From Daphnia carinata (taxonomy: Eukaryota): a stretch of 64,000 bases of DNA. Positions 34,635 through 49,900 of the stretch are shown piece by piece. The DNA is taken from contig NC_081332.1 in the NCBI RefSeq assembly GCF_022539665.2, forward strand, positions 4,216,001-4,280,000. The letters are read 5' to 3'. Below the pieces are notes generated by a model. It was not told where the DNA came from. It worked only from the letters and a program-made list of their open reading frames with translations, and searched no databases. Numbering within the stretch: the stretch's first letter is position 1; every line of letters begins with the position of its first letter. Made by a program: the position numbers and the translations under genes.

Positions 34635-36094
34635 TGGCCCGAATAAACCAAGTATCAGATTCCCATATTCGAAAATATTTTTTGTTTTCCAAATGTTTAC
34701 TGTGTCTTTAACTATACGAAGAAACGAGTGTCGCCCTGAGGTTGGTAACCCTTTAAACAAAAAGGCAGGGTTAGAAACGAAAACAAAAACCCGTCCAGAC
34801 CGTGGGAAATCATGAGGGGACAGCAAAATGTTTGAAAAAATATTCCTCAGGGCATCAGCTGCGATTTTCAACATGACGAACGCAACGTTTTCCAAGAAAG
34901 GCAAAAAGAGGTAAGGGAAGGAAACCTTAGTGGCCAATGAAATGCGCAGTTAACAAATGTTAAACAAAAACGCAACCATAAAATGAACAATACCTAAAAG
35001 ATTACGGTCACGGACGAGTGTGGCGTCGGTAAAACTTGTGTTAGGAACTTTCGTTTCAAGTGGCTCTAAGTGAAACCTCCTCCACCCAATTTTCGTTAGT
35101 GTTTGGCTTTTAATTATCGTTCAAATATCGCGTACCCTAACTTGTGCGGAACGACACGCACGATATCGTAACTTGGCAGCAATGTCCGCCTACGTCGTAC
35201 CAAAATACATCCCCCGCTGTTTCATAAAATGTGACGTCGTATTGTGCCAAAGCTACCGTAAATGTAAGATGAAAAGGGATGAATATTGATACAAGAAAAA
35301 CCTCAGTCTGGTTTAATTTCGCTCAACGAAAACAACAGCTTACCGACGGCTGTTATCTAGACAATCATTCGACTGAACAGGTACAGATAACAAGATTCCA
35401 ACTAGTCATAAATTTGAAAGCCAGAGCTAGTTTTATCAAGTACACGACAATACAGTCAACTCATAAAATAACTTTTTGGACCAAATTCTTTTTTAAACAC
35501 GAAATGCAAACAAGAAGCTAATAATTTCAATTATAACCTTTGCAGGAATCATATGAAGCCACAACCATATCCATGTTTCAAGCATCAAAGCTAAGGAATG
35601 CAGGTGAGACAGCCCGACAAAAAAAAAATGAAAACTTAACAAAAGTAAACAAGTTTGCTATCGATCTGACATTGTTATCCAAGACGACTGTACGTACTGA
35701 TTAAAAAATGACTCAGTGTTTTAAAATATGGAGGGTCAATGGCAAAAAAAAAAAAATATATGAAAAATTGCTCGCGTAAGACATTTTCCCACATCATCCT
35801 ATTTTAGAATTAATAGTCGTCCCAATTAGGTAACTCGTCCCAATTTAACATTCGAACATACTGACCATTAAAAAAAAGGTGCAAAACTCCCCCCCCCCCA
35901 AAGTACAGTTTACATAAGATGCTGGACAATGGCGATAAGATTGTGTGATTCCAATGTGCTTGAGCGATAAGTTCCCACTGAAAAAGAAAACGAGCCCTAA
36001 ATCATTGAACAGCGAGTTACTCGAGTCACTTGCAAGGCGTGAAAGCTGAGTGTAGTAGAGTTGCGGCTCTTTGAATTGAAAAGTTAAAGAAAAA

Positions 36095-40033
<3,939 letters not shown>

Positions 40034-40461
40034 CAGACCGTATTTTGTTTGCAAAATCAACAACTGATGTTTAGGATGAATGAAGGGAAATGTTTACAAA
40101 CTGCAAAGACAATTTTGTTTTTTGTTAATATTGCTAGTGGCCTACTCCCAGCTATAACTGTGAATCAGTTTGTCAACGTTGGCACAATACAACTGGTGGA
40201 ATGTTACATTTCACATTAAACCATAATCAAGAACTGTTCCTACCTCCAAACAGGCGAGAAGAAGATCCATGCTGGGCAGCAAAGGGGATAAACATCCATC
40301 CTGAGTTGATAGACCTAGCCAAATAACAACTGTTTATTACAAAAGGACCATTTCCACGTCAAAAAATGTCATGGAAGTCTTACTTACATCGTTTACATCA
40401 TGTCGTTAGATATCAGCAGCTATCGAACACGTGCTCCTAAGTCCTGCTTCGTCCTCACATT

Positions 40462-40643
40462 TGTAGACAGCAAAGGATGGTACACAATTTATGAAAGCTA
40501 TCAAGTCATGGCTGCCACAGATTTATGTCGTGGTTTGTCTCGACGTCTGTAGACAGCAAGAGGCGATATTCAATTTGTAAAAGCTACCAAGTAATGGCTG
40601 CCACAGATTTTTGGCCGTAAAATAGTTCAGAGCACAGTCTACG
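40462..40643. repeat. Degenerate tandem duplication, period 86 bp
   Basis: TGTAGACAGCAA at 40462 and 40548; ATGGCTGCCACAGATTT at 40508 and 40594. Confidence 0.8.
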
Positions 40644-41852
40644 TTCAGCACTTTCAAACTGAAGATTGAGCGCGCATCCATAGTGCCCAAGTTTTTATAC
40701 CGATGGAGAGTGGTGTGAGAGCGCGGAGCAGTGTTGCGAAATCGGTTGCAATGCATGCCAAAATACTAATATTTTATTTTATTATTTTATTATTAATCTT
40801 TTTTAGAATTCTTTTCAATTTTTTACTTAGTCAAATATGATATCAAGTACAATTCAAATCGATTATTAGAACTCCAGAAAGTATTTGATAAAAATAGATC
40901 GTTCGTCGGTAAATTCCTTTGTTTTGCTTGTTTTGAAGGTTTTGAAAATGAGAGAAGATCTTGCACATGGCGCCATTTCTAGTTTCCTAGCTTCTGCTTT
41001 TATCATTACCATTTATGTCCAACCGAGTATGAAAACTATCCATGACCTACCCCCCAAAATATATAAACTATTCTTTTGTTGCCAAGGTCAAGGTTTCGAC
41101 CTAAATAAAGTGTCTCATTCCTTTTAGTGTCGGAAAAATTGTGCGTTTTAGGTTGGGTAGAGAACCAGCGACATTGAATAGAAACAAATTTTCTTACTCT
41201 ATCTTCGCTATATTTTTTTTGTTTTGAAATATTACCTCGTCTTACCTGATTCTGCAATTTCTGAATAAGACGGAACGAAACAATAGCTGAAAGAAGATCA
41301 CATATGGTAATTGCCATTTTACTTTATTAATGTATTTTTTTTATCCCAATGTCTAATGCTTAGTATTAACCACTGTTACTTATCACTTTGGCCAAATATT
41401 TGTTTGTTTCTTTTGGTAAAATATAATGATTACAAAGATAAATTTATGGTTCGTAAAAACTTGTTCGTAGTCGAATCTTGCAATTAAAATTTTTTAAAGA
41501 CAAAAAGGGAAACTTGTTTAGTGCTTTTATAACGAACATGCAACCCAGCTGCCGTTTTCAAAGCAGTAGGAAACTTTTAATCGTAGTGAAAGATGCGGCG
41601 CGAGAAGGGATTGAAACATCAAAATACGTTATTTCGATTTTATCATCTATTTTAAGTAACGTACCTGTTGTGAAATATAAATTGCTCCATAACACTTAAA
41701 ATTTTTTTCATTGGTACAAAATGTCCTGCTGTGTGACCAATATTGCATGTTATGAAAGTAACAACATAAACATACTAACTTGTTTCTTTCTCTTTTGTCT
41801 GGTTTACATAGGTTGTACATATTACGGTGGAAGTGGAACTTCTTTTTTAAAC

Positions 41853-44716
41853 ATGGCTTCCAATAATTCATACAGTTTGTCAGGCAAGAACAGAAAGAAG
41901 CATGAAATGTCTAGTCAATCCCGTGTGACAAGCTTTTTCAAACCAAGCCCTGAAACTTCTGGTTCAAGAAAAAATAGAGAAACAGAACCAAGTGACCACA
42001 TTGCGAAATTTAGAGCAGTTGGTGTAAAGAAGAGATTTCAAGAATCACCAGTTAGAGGTGTATCACATACTTCGCAAGTCTCACCCATAAAGAAAAGTTG
42101 TGAAGTGCTTTCCAGCGATTCTGTTTCAAGTCAACATATGAGAAAACAAGTTGTCCAAGCTACACCCATGAAAGAAAGATCACCAGTACACAGGCATGAA
42201 GTGATTGCAATTGACATGGATTCTTCTGATGGCACTTTAAATTTGGATATAGACATATTTTCTTCTCCTGAAAAGAAAAAAAGAATTGCAAGAGTTGTCA
42301 AGAAGCCTCTAGAAAGCCAAATTAGTACCCCTCCAAGAAATTTAAAAGTGTTTGATTCTTCACAAAAAAAAGTTGGCCTTGCTATGCGCTCACCAAATAA
42401 ATCATCTATCCGAGATAATATCCCTACACGTATGGCATTGGAAGACAAGAAAAATTTGAACCGAGATAAACGTCCTGTGGCTCCTGACACGGAATTTGAC
42501 GCCTTAAACAGTTCCCCCATCCACAGATTAAAACGCACCCATTCCGTAAGTAGCTCCCAAGAAGATTCCATTAACGGTAATGAGGGTCAACCCAGGATGA
42601 AACGCTGTACCATAGTCCTTGAAAAATTAGAAGCTGATGTCCATAGTCAAAAGCAGGCAAAGGATGAAAACAAATCAAGAAAGAAAGATGTTGTTACAGA
42701 AAATTTGAATTTCGCGGGAAAAATTGACGCTATTAAAAGGTCGCAAACAACTAGAATTCCAAACCCTTTAGAAACCTCGACTGAGATGGATGGCGCATCG
42801 TTGCGGCGGTCTGAAAAAAAGCAACTTATTCCTCCTGATTTTGCCGAAAAGCTAAATAATAATACAAAAGTAAAATCCACCGAGCTATGCACCCAATCAG
42901 CAATTTCGATTACTCGAAAGAAGTCTAGGCTAGAAAAACCAACTTTCACTTCGTTTGATGTTAACAAAACTCCCCTTGACACGATATCCACGACTCCTGC
43001 GAAATCAAAAGCTACACAGTCTGAAGTATCAGAAGTTGTACAGAAAGTTTCCCAACGTCGCATTTTGCGCCGCAGTACACTCCATTCAGCTGAGAAAAAT
43101 GGGCTATCAATTACGTCGAAAATTACAGTGGGACTCGAAGAAATCAACGCGGGGGTCGTTGTTGCTTTCAAGCAAACTTATAAAGATGTTGAAACCTTGC
43201 TGAATTTCAAGTTAGATGTTATGATCTGTCCAGATTTCAAGAAGGCTTTGCAAACCCCAAAACGAATTCTTCCCAACAGCTACCATAAAAACTTCAATTT
43301 TTATATGAAACGTAAACCTGTGGAACACATCGAAGCGCTGCGTTCACAGCACATTGATTGCAATCGGTATCCCCACGCTATTGACTTGCATACAGTCATT
43401 TACGGGATTTTAATGGTAATTTCTTTTTTTGAAAGTTAATATATTGCTTTAAGAATACCTGTTGTGATTCCATAGGAAGCAAAGGAGCATGTTGTGTTAC
43501 ATCGCGCACAGGCATTGATTTATACGACTTTAGGCCTACATCCATCTGGTGATGCTGCAATGAGAAAATATTACTGGTCCATCCTATCCCGCCGTTTCGA
43601 TGTAAACTATTTTGCTATCTAGAAAATTTGTTGGCTTTCGAAGTGATTGTTTTACTCCATAGGATGCGGATTCCTGCAGTCGTTGGGAAAATCTTCGATG
43701 CCTTTTGGAAGAGGTTTTAAACGCCGATGGTGAGGATGCTGCGAGGATGTACGTTGATCCCTCCATGCCACCGTCAAAGCTTGAATGCAACAGAGCTGCG
43801 CTAGCCGTTATCATTCACGTCTTGAGCGAAGATTTGCGTTGCTGGATTAGTTTAGCCACACAGCCGTCAGCTCAGTTGCGTGACCGAAATGCATTGCCGC
43901 TGGTAGCCCGTCTTCTTTGGCCACAAACCACGATTCCGCATGTCAGTATGGCTTGTCGGGAATTGATTCGCTATCACATAGCAGCTGTGGTAAGCAGAGG
44001 AAATCATTTCGTAATTAGTAAAAAGAAAATTTACCTGGAAAACATTTGTTTTCCCTTTTCAGAAATCTTCAAATCCTTTAAATGTGTCGTACACCGGACC
44101 GCTTGTGAAAATGATGGCTGTAGTGACCCAGCTGAGTGATCTCCATCTGCCTTTGAAAATTCGTAAACCCAGCTACCATATGATGAATTTGGCAAGGGAA
44201 ATTGTGCTCCACTCAGACAATGTGATTCATAATAGCTCGTGCTCTTTTTACAGCAGCTTTGGGTCACCAGAGCTAGAGCTTCTGTTACCTCTCACTATTC
44301 TCAGCAGTCTGAAGCCACAGATATGCATTCCAGAAGGAGAGCATCTTAATTTAACCTGGATGTTGAACTCCTTTCTTGAGATTCATACCCAGCCAAGTCG
44401 TGAAGATGTGGTGGCACTTTTTCGGTCCAAGCCACGAACTGAGAGGGATGCTTTCTTGACAGCTCTTGGCACGTATTTTAAATTGTTTGGTTCCTTTAAA
44501 ACCTGGTTTCACATGCGTTCAAAGTACCGTAGTTCAGCTTCACGTTCCAGTCCTATTCCAGGGCAATCTTCGGCTGAACCCCTTTCCCTTAATATGTATT
44601 CACATTCGTTTACTCCGAGTCACTTAATGGATGATCTGCGCCAAACAAAGTATTTACTGGAGATTAAGAAGGAATCAGACGAGGGCTCCTTTTACTCTCG
44701 TTTAAGTTGGCGATAG
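41853..44716 (+). CDS. Protein with a long disordered N-terminus (PIP-box, SIM-like motifs) and a helical C-terminal domain resembling the Nse5-like domain of SIMC1/SLF1
   Basis: Exons 41853-43415, 43476-43601, 43663-43989, 44063-44716 join in frame at GT-AG sites. The gene model is well supported; the family call rests on recalled similarity of RYPHAIDLHTVIYGILM..RAQALIYTTLGLHPSGDAAMRKYYWSIL to SIMC1/SLF1 motifs and is less certain. Confidence 0.7.
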
Positions 44717-44906
44717 TTTGACTTTTTCGATGATCTGTTCCAGCCTTTTAAAGTTCCATTTCTTGTTCGTCCTTCTGTGTCAAACCTGTTTACCACGGGA
44801 AAACATACGGAAATTCTTGTTTGTTTGAAGTTCAATTGCATCTAACCAAGGTTTATGAAAATATATCAAGTTGCTCAAATTTCAAAAATGTTCCAATAGT
44901 TCCACT

Positions 44907-45296
44907 TTACAAGTATAATTTTTCACAAACGTCTATGAGAGGAACATCAGTAATTGGAGCAATTCCTTTGCCTGCACTGAATGTAGCATTTTCATCGGTT
45001 ACTGTTCTGAAATCATTTAATGGAGGTGTTATTAACAGATTTATACTAGGATAAATCACAAAACCAAAGAGCAAAAATCCTAAAAAAATGTAGGCTGGGA
45101 TGGCAACAGCCCAGTATTTTTGTGGCCAATATGTCAGTCCAAATACATGAAGCCATTCTTCTGGGACAAATGCCCACACTATATAAATAATCAAGAACAC
45201 ATATGATATTATCCAGAGAACAAAACCATAAATAGCCCTGTAGGGTGCAGGCGTATTTCTGGTTTCACTGGGCCCACTTAAATCTTTAAGGGACAT
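44907..45296 (-). CDS. PIGP: Phosphatidylinositol N-acetylglucosaminyltransferase subunit P (GPI-GnT complex), 129 aa, intronless
   Basis: NTPAPYRAIYGFVLW, YIVWAFVPEEWLHVFGLTYWPQKYWAVAIP, INLLITPPL..TVTD, IAPITDVPLIDVC match PIG-P family hallmarks; two TM segments. Confidence 0.95.
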   Translation of the reverse strand: MSLKDLSGPSETRNTPAPYRAIYGFVLWIISYVFLIIYIVWAFVPEEWLHVFGLTYWPQKYWAVAIPAYIFLGFLLFGFVIYPSINLLITPPLNDFRTVTDENATFSAGKGIAPITDVPLIDVCEKLYL

Positions 45297-45897
45297 TCTT
45301 TAACTTTGAAATCCAGAGGTGCAAACTCATCTACTGCCTTTGAGACTAGGATTAGTAAATCAAGAAATGAATTTACAGCAGTTCTCAATTGCCGGGTATC
45401 TCCGGATGTAAACGATCTAATAAAAATAGTGAACATTACAACAGCAAAACCCCTGAAATAAAATTTAAAAACTTACACTTTTAGAATATTAGCTTCTAAT
45501 GAGAGAACTTTGGTTGTTGTACTTCGTTTTGGTTCTTTGTCAACTCTCAACGAGTTATATGCTACAGCCGCTAGATCAGCAGACGGGAAAGGAATATGGA
45601 GCTCTCTGTGAAAAATTATACCAGATACACAATTAGAAAAATACACTACAACCACAGGGTAGCAGTGGGTACACAGTGCATGCTATGTGCTAATTCACAT
45701 CTGATAAAGCCTGCCCCCCTCCCCCACATTTGTCATGAAGAACATAAAGTACTGTTACTTTACAAAAAAAAAACTAAGAAGGAACGCGAAAACTTTTCGG
45801 AAATTAAATTCAAGATAGGTGGAAAAATCAAATCGACTACTTTCACTCACGCAGATACAGGAGAACAATTCAAACTATCTTTTGAAACGGTATCCAT
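45278..45897 (-). CDS. LAGE3: KEOPS/EKC complex subunit Pcc1/LAGE3
   Basis: Exons 45897-45851, 45605-45477, 45416-45278 give MDTVSKDSLNCSPVSAELHIPFPSADLAAVAYNSLRVDKEPKRSTTTKVLSLEANILKVSFTSGDTRQLRTAVNSFLDLLILVSKAVDEFAPLDFKVKECPLKI*. IPFPS..A..AYNSL.VD.EP and LR.AVNSFLD are Pcc1 hallmarks. Confidence 0.92.
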
Positions 45898-46100
45898 TCT
45901 TTTTTCATAAAATCAATCCACGCTTGCAGACTACATAACTGCAGACGACGGATACGTCATCGCGGCTAGCCTTGGGCAAGTATAACGTCGTGCATTTTTC
46001 TCCGAAAGAGTTTACGGGAAAGAAGTGTCAGTTTATTGATATCCCTTATGCTAAAACTATTTTCGACATTTATAGAGTGTTGTAAAAAAGTAACCATATC
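45898..46100. promoter_or_regulatory. Probable bidirectional promoter between Pcc1/PIG-P and ORMDL
   Basis: Divergent start codons at 45897 (-) and 46382 (+) are under 500 bp apart; the interval has a CpG-containing patch with TGCAGAC twice (45925-45950). Confidence 0.55.
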
Positions 46101-46381
46101 AGAGTCCCAAGGACTTTGCTTCAAAACATCAAGAAGAGCGAAAGAAGGGAAACATTCGCATATTTCATCGCTATTGCCGGTAGTGTATTTTTGCGATTTC
46201 TTATGCCAAATGAAAGCTAAGCTCTGGTTCGAGACCGATGCGAAATTTAAGAGCTATTTGTGTGTTAAGAACTTCAATGTCAACAAATTTTAAAAACATC
46301 TTTAAGAAGTTGAATTAATGTATTTTTACATCATTACATCTTCGATTTCCCATTATATTCTACTAGTTAACTTCTTTTGAG

Positions 46382-46975
46382 ATGATTGTTGGAGGACATG
46401 GAGACGTCAACCCCAATAGTTCTTGGTTAAATGGAAAAGGCTTCTGGCTTTCTTACGGGCTTGCTGTTTTACTACTCCACTTGATCTTGCTATGCCTTCC
46501 ATTCATCTCTACAGCAGTTGCTTGGACACTTACGAACCTCATCCACAATTTGGTACATAGTTTTTACCATTTTAGACTACTTTCCACATCTAACTGTTTG
46601 TTGTTATTCTAGTTCATGTTGATATTCCTGCACATAGTCAAAGGAGCACCATTTGAACCTCTTGATCAGGGGAAAACTCGTTCTCTAACACATTGGGAGC
46701 AAATAGATTATGGAAAGCGTTTTACAGTCACGCGCAAATTTCTAACGGTCGTGCCCGTCATACTGTAATTAAAACATTTTATACGAGTGGTGTGCGTATT
46801 CGTCTAATTGGTTACTTGTTTCTTTTGTTATAGGTTCGTCTTAACCAGCTTTTATACCAAGTATGACACGACTCACTTTATTATTAATATAATGGCCCTG
46901 ATTGCTGTTCTGCTCCCGAAACTACCCCATTTTCATCGAGTCTGGCTGTTCGACTCGAACGATCATTCTTATTGA
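46382..46975 (+). CDS. ORMDL: ORM1-like protein (serine palmitoyltransferase regulator)
   Basis: Exons 46382-46552, 46613-46764, 46834-46975. [87 protein letters not shown]. Confidence 0.96.
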
Positions 46976-49900
46976 AAACGAAAAAGCATGCCTAAATACC
47001 AGTTCGGCATTAATGCCGCATCGTATCGTTTAGATTTCATTGTACATAGATGCATGAAGTGACATATCGCGTCATCAGTACTATCACTATTTATAACAAA
47101 ACCCCTGAATAGTGCTACTCTGACTTATCGGATGTCGTGTTAGATCTATTTGCTATATTTCTCCATCAAATTAAAAAAAATTCTTTTGTTAATTTGCGCT
47201 TCTCTCCTCGCAGACTTGTTGTCGTTCATTCGGTGTATTGCGTGGCGATCGTTTTTCTGGGTGTTAGCATATTCGCGTTGTAAGATTTCGGGTTTGTATC
47301 ATATTATAATACCCTTCATTTCTAACTAGAACTCAGCTAGCGAATCCGAAATAAGGTATTGCTTATAGTATAAGAGAAAAAAGAATTTGCCTAATTAACC
47401 AATTATTGCTGTCTAATAAATACTTCTGAAGAGCAATCTAGCATGCTTGAATTTTGTATTTGATTTACCGCGGTTTTTTTTTTCGCTCGAATGTTCTGTC
47501 TCGCTCATCGTCTTAACGTATCTTAAGCCCTCGTGACAACTCACGGATTGCGCACGTAGCAGAAAAGAAAAAGGACGACGATCGCATCGTGCACTGAGAT
47601 AGCGAACGCTCGCGACCGTAAAATAACTTGGTTGCTGCCTGGCAAACTTGTTTGTGCAAACAAATTGCGGTCTTTGATGTGGCAGTGCTGAATCCAATCT
47701 CTAAAAGGCTGTGTGAATTCCTAATAGGATTCCTTTGCCTTCATGCATCAGTGGTCATCAAACGTAACACAAATGTCCTACCGCTCATTGATTCGAGTGA
47801 ATGTGTAGAATGAGATGCTTACTTTTGAAGATGGCAACAAGAAATATGTCAGAAAACGTTTTCTTTAAAATGGGTTTTGAACCACGCGATCGATACAGAC
47901 CAAAAACTAATGATTGTTTTAAAAGATCTAAAAAAGAACGAAATCTTTCGTTCCATTCGTTACTGGCTCTCAACGATATCAACCCACATAGTTGATCTCC
48001 ACAATATATTAAGGTAACAGTCGCCCAGAATATAGATAACGTGACAGTAAGGAAGCTGAGAACGTAGACTACTAAAACTGGCCATTACTTTGCCAGCCAA
48101 CAACTCCACTCTGCTAATAAAGCACCGCTAAGAGAAAGAAACGGATGTAGGTTGTGGATTATTTGCTACAACGGTGAAGTAGGTTCTGCAGTAAAGGAGA
48201 AGAACTGAACGAGCATCTACAGAAAAGGACGGACTTACTCGGCGAAGGAGCTGGACAAAGAGTGGGTTTTAAATAAAGAGGTTGATAGCGACCTTTTCCA
48301 AGGAACACACTCTCTCGCCTTGCTACCGACATGCGGGGATCACGTAGTAAAACACATGCACATTAGGGCAGACGGTGGAGTAACTTGCCACTTAGTACAA
48401 TGTAATTATTAACTTTATGCTACATACAACTCAACCATTTGGAATACCTGAAATGCGACGATAATGACTGAATTGAAACCGGCATTGCAACAGGATTCCG
48501 TTGGATTAACTTTCAAATTTTGTAAATGGATGTGTAAAGATATATCTAAGCTGAAATCCGACGGTTGAAGAATGTTTAATCAGCACTATCTTTAATAACT
48601 TACAAAGGTAACACAGATAAGTTAAAGAACAAGGAAACGGAGGCTCTAAATCATGGCTATACAACTTACATTTAATGAAATAGCTTAAGAGTCCATAAGC
48701 ATGGACAAAGTCGTAGGTTATTTAGTGCACACGTTGCCAATTAAGAGATGGTCAAAGACAACGAGATGTGACACTAAAAACAGAAAATTCAGCAGTCGAC
48801 AGTTATTCCGCACCCTTCCTGCTTTTCCGACGAAATTGTATAAGAGCGCCCCTAGTGACTGATTTCCGAAAACCGAAAGCATAGCGGCGGTAGTTTTAAA
48901 CAATAAAGTCTTTGCTCGTTTACTGTTGTTAGCACTGCACTAACTTTGTTTTTCAAAATCGCCGCTACGAACGCCACCATCGATTTCCCTGAAAAACGAA
49001 AAAATAGCAATGGGTCGACTGCAGACTTTTCCCATTAAACGTGTCCCTTCTGTTTATCTCTGGAGACTGCACGCGCATTCTCAATAAACCTTCATGATAA
49101 ATCAGTGATAAGGGATCAACCTTATCACGGAGAGACTTAAGGTATAGCTTATTTTCGCTGTTTATTCCTCATAGAAAAAAAAAGACAGATTCGGAAATGT
49201 TGCCATTGTACCAAGAAAATTGCAAGATAAACATTTGAGCGAAAAACTTCATTTGACAGCAGCCTGTTTACCTTCATGCTTCAACTGTTCTTTACTAGAC
49301 AGCTTCTGCTTCGTCACGTTGTATATCGGGCTTAGTGATAGTATACTAGCTATTTCCAGGACTATTCGCTTTGCAGGCCGTTCTTTGTGCCAACTCGACA
49401 GGACGTCTGATGGGTTTTTATTCAAACGGAAAAGAGCCTTCAGTTTAAGTATTCAAACAAAAATTTATACGCAGTCAATCTATTTCAGCGCATAAGGAAA
49501 TGGCACGTGCTTAAAGAAAACAACATGAATAAAAGAATAAGAAAGTTTGTGGGAAAAAAAAGCAAACCCACTTTCAACATTAGACTATTGTTGATGAATA
49601 ACACCACAACGAAAGATGGGGCCAAGTGAATAAAGAAGGCAGCTGTTTTGGGGCTTTACGATCCTAACAGCAAGTCGTAAGGTAAAGCCTGTCAAGGCCA
49701 ATTATCTAACAATAGTTTTGCTCGTTGCTTCGCTTGTTTGGAATTCATTTTTCTCGTTTCTTTTTTTGGGGTTAGAATCAGCAACTTTCTTGCTATCTCT
49801 GCATTACTTTCTCCGATTGAAAATTTTTTCTTCCCATGAATATTTTTCTTCCTTTTTTCGCTGATGCACTCAAACATGAATTACACGGTTGTGCGGTCGT

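Noticed and set aside
42131..43171. 146-aa and 174-aa minus-strand ORFs
   Set aside because: Antisense shadows of the long plus-strand exon; no independent gene signals.
47865..47895. tRNA T-loop-like GGTTCAAAACCC on the minus strand
   Set aside because: No cloverleaf or A-box can be built around it.
48000..48400. Possible solo LTR (mixed composition, AATAAA at ~48272, ends TTAGTACA)
   Set aside because: No clear 5' boundary, target-site duplication or second copy in the window; needs a genome-wide BLASTN.
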